A stretch of DNA of 64,000 nucleotides from Phenylobacterium sp. (lineage in GTDB: Bacteria; Pseudomonadota; Alphaproteobacteria; Caulobacterales; Caulobacteraceae), in the NCBI RefSeq assembly GCF_030697925.1, contig NZ_JAUYOJ010000002.1, positions 3,369 to 67,368 of the forward strand, in the 5' to 3' direction. Below, piece after piece: positions 35,334-45,884 of the stretch. The translations under genes were made by a program, and so were the position numbers. Position 1 is the stretch's first letter; each line of letters begins with the position of its first letter. The notes beneath the pieces are model-generated. The model worked only from the letters and a program-made list of their open reading frames with translations. It was not told where the DNA came from and ran no database searches.

Positions 35334-36881
35334 TCAGGCTTGGCGATCCGTCGGCGACGGCGCGCCGGGCATCGGCGGCACCGGGCCAGGCGGCGCATCG
35401 ACCGCCAGTTCCGGCACGTCGATGATGCCGCGACCCACATGGCTGCGGCTGCGCCCGTAGAGGAAGTAGACCACCAGGCCGATGGCCGCCCAGCCCACGA
35501 ACATCAGCTTGGTCTCGGTCGAGAGGCTGAAGAACAGGTAGACGCAGCCGATCGCCGCCAGCGGCGCGACGACCATGACGGCCGGGGTGCGGAAGGGACG
35601 CTTGCGGTCGGGATCGGTCTTACGCAGCACCATCACCGCGATCGCCACCATGGCGAAGGCGAACAGCGTGCCGGAGTTCGAGATGTCGGCCAGCACGCCC
35701 ACCGGGAAGAAGGCGGCGAAGGCTGAGACGAACAGGCCGGTGATGATGGTGATGACATAGGGCGTGTGGAAGGTGGGGTGCACCTTCGAGAACACGGCCG
35801 GAAGCAGGCCGTCGCGGCTCATGACGAAGAAGATCCGGGTCTGGCCGAACATCATCATCAGGATGACGGAGGGCAGGGCGAGGCCGGCGGCGAGGCCGAG
35901 CAAGTTGCCGATCTGCGGCCAGCCGATGGAGCGCAGGGTCCAGGCCAGGGCTTCCTTGGAGCAGACCACGTGGCTTTCGGTGAGCGAGGCGCAGGCGGCC
36001 GACAGTTCCGGGCTGCCGGGACGCAGGCCCGCGCCGGTGGCGTCCATCACCGGCTGGGCGCCGACGGTGCCGATCACGCCCATGGCGACCAGGATGTAGA
36101 AGATGGTGCAGATGCCCAGCGAGCCGATCAGGCCGATCGGCATGTTCCTCTGTGGATTCTTGGTCTCCTCGGCCGCGGTCGAGACCGCGTCGAAGCCGAC
36201 ATAGGCGAAGAAGATCGAGGCCGCCGCCGCCGAGACCCCGGCCATGCCGAGCGGGGCGAAGGGTTCGAAGTTCTCCATCTTCATCACCGGCAGGGCCAGG
36301 ACGCAGAAGAGCGACAGGGCGGCCACCTTGATGGCGACCAGGAAGGCGTTGACCGTCGCCGATTCCCGGGTGCCGACGACCAGCAGGGCGGTCACCACCA
36401 GGGCGATGAGGGCGGCGGGCAGGTTGATGATCCCGCCGTCCATCGGCCCGAGGACCAAGGCGTTGGGGATGTCGATATTGAAGGCGTTCTCCACCAGCCC
36501 GACCACATAGCCGGACCAGCCCACGGAGACCGCGCCGGCGGCGACCGCATATTCCAGGATCAGCGCCCAGCCGACCATCCAGGCCATCATCTCGCCCATC
36601 ACGGCGTAGCTGTAGGTGTAGGCAGACCCGGAAACCGGGACCATGGACGACATCTCGGAGTAGCAGAGCGCGGCGACCGCGCAGACGAAGCCGGCTATGA
36701 TGAAGGCCGCGATCATGCCGGGCCCGGCCTTTTGGGCCGCCTCGGCGGTGAGCACGAAAATCCCGGTGCCGATGATGGCCCCGATGCCGAGCATGGTGAG
36801 CTGGAATGGCCCCAGCGAGCGGTGCAGCGACTTTTTCTCGGCAGTCGCAAGAATCGCGTCGAGCGATTTAACTCGCCACAT
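35334..36881 (-). CDS. APC-family amino acid permease (CAT-like)
   Basis: GIGAIIGTGIF, GSAYTYSY, FAYVGFDAVSTAAEE; start ATG at 36881 with RBS GGAGGA. Confidence 0.93.
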   Translation of the reverse strand: MWRVKSLDAILATAEKKSLHRSLGPFQLTMLGIGAIIGTGIFVLTAEAAQKAGPGMIAAFIIAGFVCAVAALCYSEMSSMVPVSGSAYTYSYAVMGEMMAWMVGWALILEYAVAAGAVSVGWSGYVVGLVENAFNIDIPNALVLGPMDGGIINLPAALIALVVTALLVVGTRESATVNAFLVAIKVAALSLFCVLALPVMKMENFEPFAPLGMAGVSAAAASIFFAYVGFDAVSTAAEETKNPQRNMPIGLIGSLGICTIFYILVAMGVIGTVGAQPVMDATGAGLRPGSPELSAACASLTESHVVCSKEALAWTLRSIGWPQIGNLLGLAAGLALPSVILMMMFGQTRIFFVMSRDGLLPAVFSKVHPTFHTPYVITIITGLFVSAFAAFFPVGVLADISNSGTLFAFAMVAIAVMVLRKTDPDRKRPFRTPAVMVVAPLAAIGCVYLFFSLSTETKLMFVGWAAIGLVVYFLYGRSRSHVGRGIIDVPELAVDAPPGPVPPMPGAPSPTDRQA

Positions 36882-37054
36882 ATTTCCTCCAGGAGTTCCG
36901 GCGGCCCCCGCCGCGCGGTCGTGATTTGGCGTTACGTGGCCTCTTCGGCGCCGTGCGGTCAAGCGCCAACGCACGTGGAGCGATTGCGCCAAACCCGGCG
37001 CCCGGGGAATGGGCGGCCGCTTGGCGCGGGAACGCGGCCCGGCTAGACCGCAGC

Positions 37055-39493
37055 ATGCTCCCGGTCGAGGAAATTTTGCCCGTGCTGCGAACGGCGCTCT
37101 CCGAGCGCACGTCGGCCGTGCTGGTGGCGCCGCCAGGCGCCGGGAAGACCACCGTCATTCCCCTGCGGCTGCTGGACGCCGAGTGGCTGGCCGGCCGCAA
37201 GATCGTCATGCTGGAGCCACGCCGGCTGGCCGCCCGCGCCGCGGCCGAGCGCATGGCCCAGACGCTGGACGAACGGGTCGGCGACACGGTCGGCTACAGG
37301 GTGCGGATGCAGTCGAAGGTCTCGGCGCGGACCCGGATCGAGGTGGTCACCGAGGGCGTGTTCAGCCGGATGATCCTCGCCGATCCGACGCTGGACGGCG
37401 TCGGGGCGGTGATTTTCGACGAGTTCCACGAGCGCAGCCTGGACGCCGACCTCGGCCTGGCGCTGGCGCGCGACACCCAAGGCCTGCTGCGCGATGACCT
37501 GCGCATCCTGGTGATGTCGGCCACGCTGGACGGCGCCGCGGTGGGCCGGCTGCTGGACGAGGCGCCGGTGATCGAGAGCCAGGGCCGGGCCTTTCCGGTG
37601 GACACCCGGTATCTCGGCCGTGACGAGCGCCTGCGCCTGGAGGATCGCGTGGTCCGCGCCGTGGAGCGCGCCCTGGCCGAAGAAACCGGCAGCGTTCTGG
37701 TCTTCCTGCCGGGGCAGGGGGAGATTCGCCGCGCGGCCGAGCTGCTGGTCGAGCGGGTGCGGCGGCCGGACGTGCGGATCGCGCCGCTCTATGGCGCTCT
37801 CGACCCCGCCGAGCAGGACGCCGCCATCTCTTCGCCGCCGCCGGGCGTCCGCAAGGTGGTCCTGGCGACCTCCATCGCCGAGACCAGCCTGACCATCCAG
37901 GGCGTGCGGGTGGTGATCGATTCGGGCGTGGCGCGGGTCCCGCGCTTCGATCCGGCCAGCGGCCTCACCCGCCTGGCCACCGTCCGTGTCAGCCGCGCCG
38001 CCGCCGACCAGCGCCGGGGACGGGCGGGCCGCACCGAGCCCGGCGTCGCCTACCGCCTCTGGGACGAGGCCGAGACCCGCGCCCTGCCGGCCTATGCCGA
38101 TCCGGAGATCCTCGACGCCGACCTCTCGGGCCTGGCGCTGGACCTGGCCCGCTGGGGCGCCAAGGACGCGACGAGCCTGGCCTTCCTCGACCCGCCGCCG
38201 GCCGCCGCCTTTGCAGAAGCCCGCGGCCTGCTGCGGCGGCTGGAGGCCCTCACCGACGACGGCGTGCTGACCGCTCATGGCGAGGCCCTGGCCGAGTTCC
38301 CCCTGGCGCCGCGGCTGGCCCACATGGTGCTCAAAGCCCAGGCCAGCGGGCAGGGCGGTCGCGCCGCGCGGATCGCCGCCCTGGTCACCGAGCGCGGCCT
38401 GGGCGGACGTGACGCCGACCTGCGGCATCGGCTGGAAGGGTTCGAACGCGACCGCTCGCCCCGCGCCCGCGACGCCCGGGCCCTGGCCGATCGCTGGGCC
38501 GGCCTGGCGGGCAAGGCCGGGCGCGAGGCGCCGCTGGACGACGGCCTGCTGCTGGCCTTCGCCTATCCGGAGCGGATCGCCAAGGCGCGCGGCGGCTCAG
38601 GCGAGTTCCAACTGGTCAGTGGTCGGGGCGCCTTCGTGGAGCCCAGCGACGCGCTCGCCCGTGAGAAATGGCTGGCGGTGGCCGAACTGGGCGGCGGCGA
38701 CCGGCGCGACCGCATACTGCTAGCCGCACCCCTGGACGAGGCCGACCTCGCCAGGATCTTCGCCGGCCAACTCGAGACCGAGACCCGGCTGGAGGAGAGC
38801 GGCGGCGGACGCCTGCGCGCCAAGCGGATCGTGCGGCTGGGTCGCCTGGCCATCTGCGAGGAGATCGACGAGCGGCCCGATCCGGCCCTGATCGCCGCCG
38901 CCCTGGCCGATCGGGTTCGCGCCGAGGGCCTCTCGGCCCTGCCCTGGAGCGAGGCGACCCTCGGCCTGCGCCGGCGCGCGGCCTTCTTGAGATCTCGGGA
39001 GGGCGAGGCATGGCCCGACCTGTCGGACGCGGCGCTTGTCGGGCGGCTGGAGGATTGGCTGACGCCCTTGCTGATCGGCGTTCGCGCGCTGGCCGCCCTT
39101 AAGCCCGATGCCCTGGACGGCGCGGTCCGCGCCCTGATTCCCTGGGACCAGCAGCGCCGGCTGGACGCCGCCGCGCCCATCCGCTGGACCGCCCCCACCG
39201 GCAACAGCTTCGCCATCGACTACGCCGCCGAGGGCGGGCCCCGAGTCGATGTCCGCGTGCAGGAGGTGTTCGGCCTCAACGACCATCCCTCGGTCGGCGG
39301 CGTTCTGATCACATTGTCGCTCCTGTCGCCGGGCCATCGTCCGGTCCAGATGACCAAGGACCTGCCTGGCTTCTGGAAGGGATCCTGGAAGGACGTCCGC
39401 TCCGACATGCGCGGCCGCTATCCCAAGCACGTCTGGCCGGAAGACCCCGCGACCGCCGCGCCCACGGCGCGCGCCAAGCCGCGCGGAACTTAA
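37055..39493 (+). CDS. hrpB: ATP-dependent RNA helicase HrpB
   Basis: APPGAGKTT, DEFHER, MSAT, QRRGRAGR, C-terminal WKDVRSDMRGRYPKH. Confidence 0.95.
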   Translation: MLPVEEILPVLRTALSERTSAVLVAPPGAGKTTVIPLRLLDAEWLAGRKIVMLEPRRLAARAAAERMAQTLDERVGDTVGYRVRMQSKVSARTRIEVVTEGVFSRMILADPTLDGVGAVIFDEFHERSLDADLGLALARDTQGLLRDDLRILVMSATLDGAAVGRLLDEAPVIESQGRAFPVDTRYLGRDERLRLEDRVVRAVERALAEETGSVLVFLPGQGEIRRAAELLVERVRRPDVRIAPLYGALDPAEQDAAISSPPPGVRKVVLATSIAETSLTIQGVRVVIDSGVARVPRFDPASGLTRLATVRVSRAAADQRRGRAGRTEPGVAYRLWDEAETRALPAYADPEILDADLSGLALDLARWGAKDATSLAFLDPPPAAAFAEARGLLRRLEALTDDGVLTAHGEALAEFPLAPRLAHMVLKAQASGQGGRAARIAALVTERGLGGRDADLRHRLEGFERDRSPRARDARALADRWAGLAGKAGREAPLDDGLLLAFAYPERIAKARGGSGEFQLVSGRGAFVEPSDALAREKWLAVAELGGGDRRDRILLAAPLDEADLARIFAGQLETETRLEESGGGRLRAKRIVRLGRLAICEEIDERPDPALIAAALADRVRAEGLSALPWSEATLGLRRRAAFLRSREGEAWPDLSDAALVGRLEDWLTPLLIGVRALAALKPDALDGAVRALIPWDQQRRLDAAAPIRWTAPTGNSFAIDYAAEGGPRVDVRVQEVFGLNDHPSVGGVLITLSLLSPGHRPVQMTKDLPGFWKGSWKDVRSDMRGRYPKHVWPEDPATAAPTARAKPRGT

Positions 39494-40278
39494 GTCGCCG
39501 CGTAGATCATGATCCCCGTGGCCACCGCGAGGTTGAGGCTGTCGGCCCGGCCGCGCATGGGGATCTTGACGTTGACGTCGCAGAGTGCGGCCATGTCCGG
39601 GGTCAGGCCCTGCTGCTCGTTGCCCATCAGCACCAGGGTGGGCTTGGCGTAGGTGGCCTGGCGGTGGTCGACCTCGGCGGTCAGCAAGGTGCCCACCACC
39701 GAGCCCGGCCAGGCCGCGCGCCAGGCTGCGAACTCGGCCTCGGCGGCCTTGACGATCGGCACGGCGAAGATCGAGCCCATGGTGGCGCGCACGGCCTCCA
39801 CAGAGAACGGGTCGCAGCACTCGCCCACCAGGATCACCGCCCCGCAGCCCGCCGCGTCGGCGGTGCGCACGATGGTCCCCAGGTTCCCGGGGTCGCGAAC
39901 CCGGTGCAGCCCGACGAAGCAGGGCGCCGCGTCCGGCCTCAGATCCTCCAGCGCCGTGAAGATCTGCGCGAAGACACCGACCACGGCTTGCGGATTGTCG
40001 CGCCGCGAGACCTTGGCGAGTATCTCCTGGGTTACCTCGATCACCTCGCCCCGCGCGGCCTGGGTCGCGGCGATGGCCTGGCGGAGCAGGGGATGGCCCT
40101 GCGCCTCCTGGCCGTACATCAGGATGGCCGGCGCATGGCCCAGTTCGACCGCCTCGGTGACGATCTTCAGGCCCTCGGCGACGAACAGGCCGGTCGCATC
40201 GCGTTCCTTGCGTAGATGCAGGGCGCGAACGGCCTTGACCGTCGGATTGGTCAGGGAGGTGACGGCGCGCCCGGTCAC
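39490..40278 (-). CDS. TrmH/SpoU family RNA 2'-O-methyltransferase
   Basis: RDPGNLGTIVR, MGNEQQG, IPM...SLNLAVA; GTG start at 40278 overlaps the upstream stop. Confidence 0.9.
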   Translation of the reverse strand: MTGRAVTSLTNPTVKAVRALHLRKERDATGLFVAEGLKIVTEAVELGHAPAILMYGQEAQGHPLLRQAIAATQAARGEVIEVTQEILAKVSRRDNPQAVVGVFAQIFTALEDLRPDAAPCFVGLHRVRDPGNLGTIVRTADAAGCGAVILVGECCDPFSVEAVRATMGSIFAVPIVKAAEAEFAAWRAAWPGSVVGTLLTAEVDHRQATYAKPTLVLMGNEQQGLTPDMAALCDVNVKIPMRGRADSLNLAVATGIMIYAAT

Positions 40279-41177
40279 GCGGCCCACCGGGCGTAGAAGC
40301 TCATGCCCACCTGGCGTTCGCCGCCGTCCTGGACCAGGGCCAGCTCACCCCATTCGATCTTGCCGCCCCGGTCGCCGAGCTTGTCGGCTAGGAGGCCGGC
40401 CAGGGCCGCGCCGGAGATCCGCTCGGCATAGGCGTTGAGTAGAAGGAAAGAAGCATTTTCCGATAGAAGTTCAGCGCATAGGGTCGAAAGTTCAGGCAGG
40501 TTCTCGAACAGTCGCCACACCTCGCCATCGGGTCCGCGGCCGTATTTCGGCGGATCGAGGATGATCCCCTCATAGCGCGAGCCGCGCCGCACCTCGCGCT
40601 GGACGTAGCGTCGCGCGTCCTCGCAGATCCAGCGGATCGGACGGTCCTCCAGCCCCGACAGGGCGGCGTTCTCCCGCGCCCAGCCGATGGCCTTCTTCGA
40701 GGCGTCCACGTGGGTGACGGCCGCGCCGGCCGCCGCGCAGACCAGGCTGGCCACGCCCGTATATCCGAACAGGTTCAGCACCTTGGGCTGACCTCCTGCG
40801 GCGCGGACCTTCGCGTCCAGCCAGGCCCAGTTGGCCGCCTGCTCGGGGAAGAAGGCCAGGTGCCGAAATGCGGTGAAGCGCGCCTGGAACCTGGCCTCGC
40901 CCCAGGCCATGGGCCAGCTTTCCTTGGGTTTGCCCTGGAAGCGCCAGCGGCCGGCGTCCTCCTCATCGCTGGGATCGAAGACGGCGTCGGCCCGCGCCCA
41001 GACCTCCGGCGCCAGCTTCGGGCTCCACAGGGCCTGCGGTTCTGGCCGGACCACGGAATAGGGGCCGTAACGCTCCAGCTTGCGGCCATCGCCACTGTCC
41101 AGCAGGCCGTAGTCGCTCCAGCCGGTGGTGCGCATGACGCCGGGAGCCTCGGCGACGGCGGGGGCGATCTTGCTCAT
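40275..41177 (-). CDS. class I SAM-dependent (RlmI/RlmK-like) methyltransferase
   Basis: LLDSGDGRKLERYG, VLNLFGYTG, HVDAS, ILDPPKYG. Confidence 0.88.
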   Translation of the reverse strand: MSKIAPAVAEAPGVMRTTGWSDYGLLDSGDGRKLERYGPYSVVRPEPQALWSPKLAPEVWARADAVFDPSDEEDAGRWRFQGKPKESWPMAWGEARFQARFTAFRHLAFFPEQAANWAWLDAKVRAAGGQPKVLNLFGYTGVASLVCAAAGAAVTHVDASKKAIGWARENAALSGLEDRPIRWICEDARRYVQREVRRGSRYEGIILDPPKYGRGPDGEVWRLFENLPELSTLCAELLSENASFLLLNAYAERISGAALAGLLADKLGDRGGKIEWGELALVQDGGERQVGMSFYARWAA

Positions 41178-41225
41178 GGCCTCCGCACTAGCCGTTCGGG
41201 CGCCCGGCCGTCCAGCCTCGGGAAG

Positions 41226-41447
41226 CTAGTGGCTCTGCAGCGCCGCTTCGGTGCTCTCGATCTCTTCCTTGATCCAGTCGTGGCCGTTGAACGCGAAGAC
41301 GCCTTCCAGGGCGGCGATATGGACGCTCAGGCGGTCGCGGATTTCGGGGTCGACGTCGGTGCGCCCGGCCATCCACTTGGCGATGAGGTGAAGGCCGAAA
41401 GCGCTATGCAGGGCTAGGCGTTGGAGTTGGTCGTCCGGCAGTTTCAT
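41226..41447 (-). CDS. hypothetical protein (73 aa)
   Basis: Protein-like helical ORF in an otherwise empty gap; start ATG at 41447. Confidence 0.6.
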   Translation of the reverse strand: MKLPDDQLQRLALHSAFGLHLIAKWMAGRTDVDPEIRDRLSVHIAALEGVFAFNGHDWIKEEIESTEAALQSH

Positions 41448-41639
41448 GGTCGCTTCCAATCCGTGAGACATCCCCAAGGAAAGTTGGCGCCCGCCGCCGC
41501 GGTTCCGTCAAGCTGCGGCGTTGCGGCGCGCCTGAATCTGCAGTCTGGCCTTAGTCACGGAAATGCCTCACTTTCCGGAGGCGGACTCGCCAAGAGGCGG
41601 TTATGGTCCGCGGAGTGTTCAGACGTCGGAAGGATTCCC

Positions 41640-42269
41640 GTGACCACGGCAGTGACCACGAGACGCTCGGCCCGCAAGCCCAAGGGTGACGGCCATCTGC
41701 GTCGCGCCGAGATTCTAGAGGCCGCGGAGCGCATCTTCGTCGCCGAAGGCTATGAAGGCGCCACGATCCGCAAGATCGCCGACGAGGTGGGGGTGTCCTC
41801 CACCGCCCTCTACATGCACTTCCCGGACAAGGGCTGCATCCTGCTCGAGATCTGCGAGCGGACCATGGAGCAGTTGCTGGAACGCAACAGCATCATCGCC
41901 GCCAAGCCGGTGGACGCCGCCACGCGGGTCAAGCTGATGCTGGAATCCTATATGCGCTGGGGTTTCGAGCATCCCAACGCCTATGAGCTGGTGTTCTCCG
42001 GCGCCCGGCAAATCTCGGGAGTCTGGCACGAGGGCACCGCCGACATGGGCGCCCGCTGCTACGAGATCTTCTCCGGCGTGGTGCGTGAGATCGCCGCCGA
42101 GGGCCGCCTGCGCACCGGCACGGCGGACTCGGCCGCCCAGGCCCTGTGGGCCTCCTGCCACGGGGTCGTGACCCTGATGGTCACCCGGCCGAACTTCGGC
42201 TGGGCCCCCACCGACGAGATCATCGAGGTCACCCTCGACGGCCTGATGCACGGCCTGGTGGCCGACTAG
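41640..42269 (+). CDS. TetR/AcrR family regulator (WHG-type C-terminus)
   Basis: HTH ATIRKIADEVGVSSTALYMHF, WASCHG; GTG start at 41640 inferred. Confidence 0.9.
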   Translation: MTTAVTTRRSARKPKGDGHLRRAEILEAAERIFVAEGYEGATIRKIADEVGVSSTALYMHFPDKGCILLEICERTMEQLLERNSIIAAKPVDAATRVKLMLESYMRWGFEHPNAYELVFSGARQISGVWHEGTADMGARCYEIFSGVVREIAAEGRLRTGTADSAAQALWASCHGVVTLMVTRPNFGWAPTDEIIEVTLDGLMHGLVAD

Positions 42270-42286
42270 CCTTACTGGGCCGACCC

Positions 42287-44446
42287 TTATTGGGGATTGG
42301 GAATCGGCGTGTTCGCCCCGCCGATCGGCAGGCGGGGCGCCGTCGTCTGGGCGGGACCGGCATAGGTCCCGTATGCGCCGCGCCGCAGGTCGCTCGAAAG
42401 GGTGATCGGGGCGCTGCCGCCGTTGAGCTTGGCCCGGTAAACTTGCATCCCCTCCATCACCCGCATGACGTAGTTGCGGGTTTCCGAGAACGGAATGCAC
42501 TCGATGAAGTCGACCGGATCGGTCGAACCGCCGCGCGGGTCGCCGCAGAAGGCCGTCCATTGGCTAGGGCGTCCGGGCCCGGCGTTGTAGGCGGCGATGG
42601 CCATCGGATAGGAGCCGGAGAAGGTTCCGATCATCTCGCCCAGATAGGCCTGGCCGAGCTGCATGTTGTAGTCCGGATCGTCCAGCATGCCCGGCGAATA
42701 GTTCATTCCGGCCTTGCGGGCTGTGAGCGCCGCGGTGGCCGGCATCAACTGCATCATGCCCCGTGCGCCCACGCCGGAGCGCACCAGGGGATCGAAGCCG
42801 CTTTCCTGCCGGGTGATCCCGAGCGTGAGCGCGGTTTCCGGAGCGCCCATCACCTGAGGCGGGGTGCGGAGCGGATAGCCGCGGCCCGGCAGGATGAAAC
42901 CGCGCTGGGCGGCGGTTCGGACCACCTTCATCGAGGTGTCCTGGTCGCCATAGGCGCGGGCCAGGTCGACCAGCAGGGCCTGCTCCTCGGCCGTCGGCAG
43001 GACGTCATCCAGGGCCAGGACGAAGGCGCGGAAGCGGTCCTTGTCGCCCATCTCGTGGAGCAGGCGCGCCGCGCGCACCGAACCACGCCCCTCGAACCGG
43101 GCGCGGTCGGCCTGGGTCACCGTTGGGTCCTGGCCGAGCGTCAGGCGCCCTCCGTCCACCTTCTCGCCGGCCAGCAGACCGTAGAAGGTGGTGTTGTGCC
43201 GCGCCGCGGCCGAATAGAAGCCCTCGGCCTTGGCCTTGTCGCCGGCGGCCTCCGCCGCCCGGCCGCGCCAGTAAAGCGCCCGGCCGCGGGTGATCGGCGA
43301 CGAGCCGATCTTCTCCAGGTTGGCGAAATGGATATCGGCCTGCTTCGGGTTGCGCAGCCGATTGAGCGCCAGCCAGCCGGCGTAGAACTCCGCGTCCGCC
43401 GCGTCGCCGCCCGAGGTCAGGCCGCTATTTGCTGCGGCGGCATAGGCGCCCTGAGCGTCGCCGTTGCGCAGGGCGAACAGCACCAGGCGGTAACGCTCGT
43501 CCCAAATCCGGTCGGCCATCTCGGCATGCGGCGCCTCGGTCGGGAAATAGCGCACCTGGGCCAGGGCCAGGTTCTCGAGATTGCGCTTGCGGTAGAAGGC
43601 GGCGCGCTCGAAGGCCAGGCCCGGATGGTTGGCGAATTGCGGGGGCAGGGCGGCGGCCAGGTCGTTGGCGTTGGTGGCGTTGGCCCGATAGGCCATCCGC
43701 GCCTGGGCCAGGGCCAGGTGGTCCAGCGGCAGCAAGGGCAGCAGTTCGCGGGCGGCCGGCCCCTGCGCGCCATAGAGCACGACGTCGGCCCGGCGGATGT
43801 GGTCCTCGGGCGTCAGCGCGGCCCCGAACCGGGCCAGCATGGCCCTCTGCGGGGCGACCTCGAAGATCCGGTTGCGCCAGAAACCGCGGATCAGCTCGGC
43901 GGCCTCCTTGGGCTTGCCGGTGGCCTGATAGGCGGAGGCCAGCGCCATGGCGCCCTCGGCGGTCTGGGGTTCGCCGCCGCCGAACCACTCGACGATTCGC
44001 TGCGGGCTCTGGCCGGAGGTCTCTAGTAGCCGCTCGGAGGCCTGCAGCCGGCGCTGGCCGCGCGGCCAGCCGGCCAGGTCGCGGCGAGCCTGGTCAACCT
44101 CGAAGAACGACAGCGACTCGGCGGCGGCGTCGACCAGGGCCCAGGTGGCGATCTTCTTGGCGATCGGATCGCCGATCATGCCGATGGCCGAGCGGGCGCC
44201 GGTGACGTCGGCCCGCTTGGCGGCGTCCAGCGCGCTGCGCAGGGCCGCGGAATCGGCGTCGGACAAGGCTTGGCGATAGGCGGTCTGCGGGGTCTGGGTC
44301 AGTTCGATCGGGCGCGGCGGCCCCTCATAGGCCTGGCGCGTGGACGCGGGCTGGGCCTGGGCGACGCTCGTGACGAGGATCGCGGCCGTGGCGGTCAGGA
44401 ACGCTTTGCGGGCCTTGAAGTGCAAGTTGGCGAACTCCGGTCTCAT
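42287..44446 (-). CDS. soluble lytic transglycosylase, Slt70-like (SdpA-like)
   Basis: Catalytic ITRQESGF, GMMQLM, AYNAGPG, ETRNYV; start at 44446 inferred. Confidence 0.92.
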   Translation of the reverse strand: MRPEFANLHFKARKAFLTATAAILVTSVAQAQPASTRQAYEGPPRPIELTQTPQTAYRQALSDADSAALRSALDAAKRADVTGARSAIGMIGDPIAKKIATWALVDAAAESLSFFEVDQARRDLAGWPRGQRRLQASERLLETSGQSPQRIVEWFGGGEPQTAEGAMALASAYQATGKPKEAAELIRGFWRNRIFEVAPQRAMLARFGAALTPEDHIRRADVVLYGAQGPAARELLPLLPLDHLALAQARMAYRANATNANDLAAALPPQFANHPGLAFERAAFYRKRNLENLALAQVRYFPTEAPHAEMADRIWDERYRLVLFALRNGDAQGAYAAAANSGLTSGGDAADAEFYAGWLALNRLRNPKQADIHFANLEKIGSSPITRGRALYWRGRAAEAAGDKAKAEGFYSAAARHNTTFYGLLAGEKVDGGRLTLGQDPTVTQADRARFEGRGSVRAARLLHEMGDKDRFRAFVLALDDVLPTAEEQALLVDLARAYGDQDTSMKVVRTAAQRGFILPGRGYPLRTPPQVMGAPETALTLGITRQESGFDPLVRSGVGARGMMQLMPATAALTARKAGMNYSPGMLDDPDYNMQLGQAYLGEMIGTFSGSYPMAIAAYNAGPGRPSQWTAFCGDPRGGSTDPVDFIECIPFSETRNYVMRVMEGMQVYRAKLNGGSAPITLSSDLRRGAYGTYAGPAQTTAPRLPIGGANTPIPNPQ

Positions 44447-44544
44447 GATAGATATGTTGCGGCGCGGGGGCGGGCCAACATATTGTCCGGCCAAATCTTG
44501 AGGCCGCAATTAACAGGCCTCGCTTTCACGGCTTTTTGCAGACC

Positions 44545-45429
44545 ATGTCAGATCCATTGTTCAAGGGCGTCATGCCAGCCCTGGTGACGCCGTTCCGCGA
44601 CGGCGGCCTGGACGAGCAGGCCTTCGTGGCCCTCGTCGAGCGCCAGATCGCCGGCGGCGTCCATGGCCTGGTGCCCGTCGGCACCACCGGGGAGACCGCG
44701 ACCCTCAGCCACGACGAGCATCGTCGCGTCGTCGAGTTGTGCGTCAAGGCGACAGGCGGTCGCGTCCCGGTGATCGCCGGGGCGGGGTCAAACTCCACTG
44801 CCGAGGCCATCGAGCTGGTCCGCCACGCCAAGACCATCGGCGCCGACGCGGCCCTGGTGGTGACGCCCTACTACAATCGCCCCAGCCAGGAAGGCCTCTA
44901 CGCCCACTATGCGGCGATCAACGAGGCCGTGCAGCTGCCGGTGCTGGTCTACAACGTGCCGGGCCGGACCAGCGTCGATATCGCCGACACGACCCTGGCG
45001 CGGCTGGCCAAGCTGCCGAACATCGTGGGCGTCAAGGACGCCACCGGAGACATGTCCCGGGCGACCATGCAGCGCCTGCTGTGCGGCGACGACTGGGTGA
45101 TGCTCACCGGGGACGACCCGACGGCGCTCGGCTACATGGCCCATGGCGGCCACGGCTGCATCTCGGTGACCTCCAACGTCGCCCCGGACCTCTGCGCCAC
45201 CTTCTACAACGCCGCCCTGGCCGAGGACTGGAAGACCGCTCTCTATTGGCAGGACCGGTTGTTCCGCCTGCACAAGGCGCTGTTCTCGGATGCGTCGCCG
45301 GCGCCGACCAAGTTCGCCCTGGCGCACCTGGGCCTGTGCGACGCCTTCGCGCGCCTGCCGATCACGCCGGCCTCGGAGGCTTCGCAGGCCGAAGTGCTGG
45401 CCGCCATGCGGGAAGCCGGCGTGGTCTGA
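44545..45429 (+). CDS. dapA: 4-hydroxy-tetrahydrodipicolinate synthase
   Basis: GTTGE, PYYNRP, YNVPGRT, catalytic GVKDA. Confidence 0.97.
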   Translation: MSDPLFKGVMPALVTPFRDGGLDEQAFVALVERQIAGGVHGLVPVGTTGETATLSHDEHRRVVELCVKATGGRVPVIAGAGSNSTAEAIELVRHAKTIGADAALVVTPYYNRPSQEGLYAHYAAINEAVQLPVLVYNVPGRTSVDIADTTLARLAKLPNIVGVKDATGDMSRATMQRLLCGDDWVMLTGDDPTALGYMAHGGHGCISVTSNVAPDLCATFYNAALAEDWKTALYWQDRLFRLHKALFSDASPAPTKFALAHLGLCDAFARLPITPASEASQAEVLAAMREAGVV

Positions 45430-45884
45430 TGGCCGGCAAGCTGATCGCCGAGAACCGCCGCGCGCGGTACGACTACTTCCTGGAGGAGACCTTCGAGGCA
45501 GGCATCATGCTGACCGGCTCGGAGGTGAAGTCGCTGCGCCTCGGCCGCGCCAATATCGCGGAGTCCTACGCCTCGGTGGAAGGCAAGGACATCGTGCTGA
45601 TCAACGCCGACATCCCGCCCTTCGCCCAGGCCAACCGCTTCAACCACGAGCCGCGCCGGCACCGGAAGCTGCTGCTGCACAAGAAGCAGCTCGACAAGCT
45701 GATCGGCGCCGTCCAGCGCGAGGGCCGCACGCTTATCCCGACCAAGCTCTATTGGAACGAGAAGGGCCTGGCCAAGCTGGAGATTGCGCTCGCCAAGGGC
45801 AAGAAGACCCACGACAAGCGCGAGGCCACCGCCGAGCGCGACTGGCAACGCGACAAGGCCCGCCTGATGCGGGACAAAGGCTAG
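45429..45884 (+). CDS. smpB: SsrA-binding protein
   Basis: [34 protein letters not shown]. Confidence 0.97.
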   Translation: MAGKLIAENRRARYDYFLEETFEAGIMLTGSEVKSLRLGRANIAESYASVEGKDIVLINADIPPFAQANRFNHEPRRHRKLLLHKKQLDKLIGAVQREGRTLIPTKLYWNEKGLAKLEIALAKGKKTHDKREATAERDWQRDKARLMRDKG

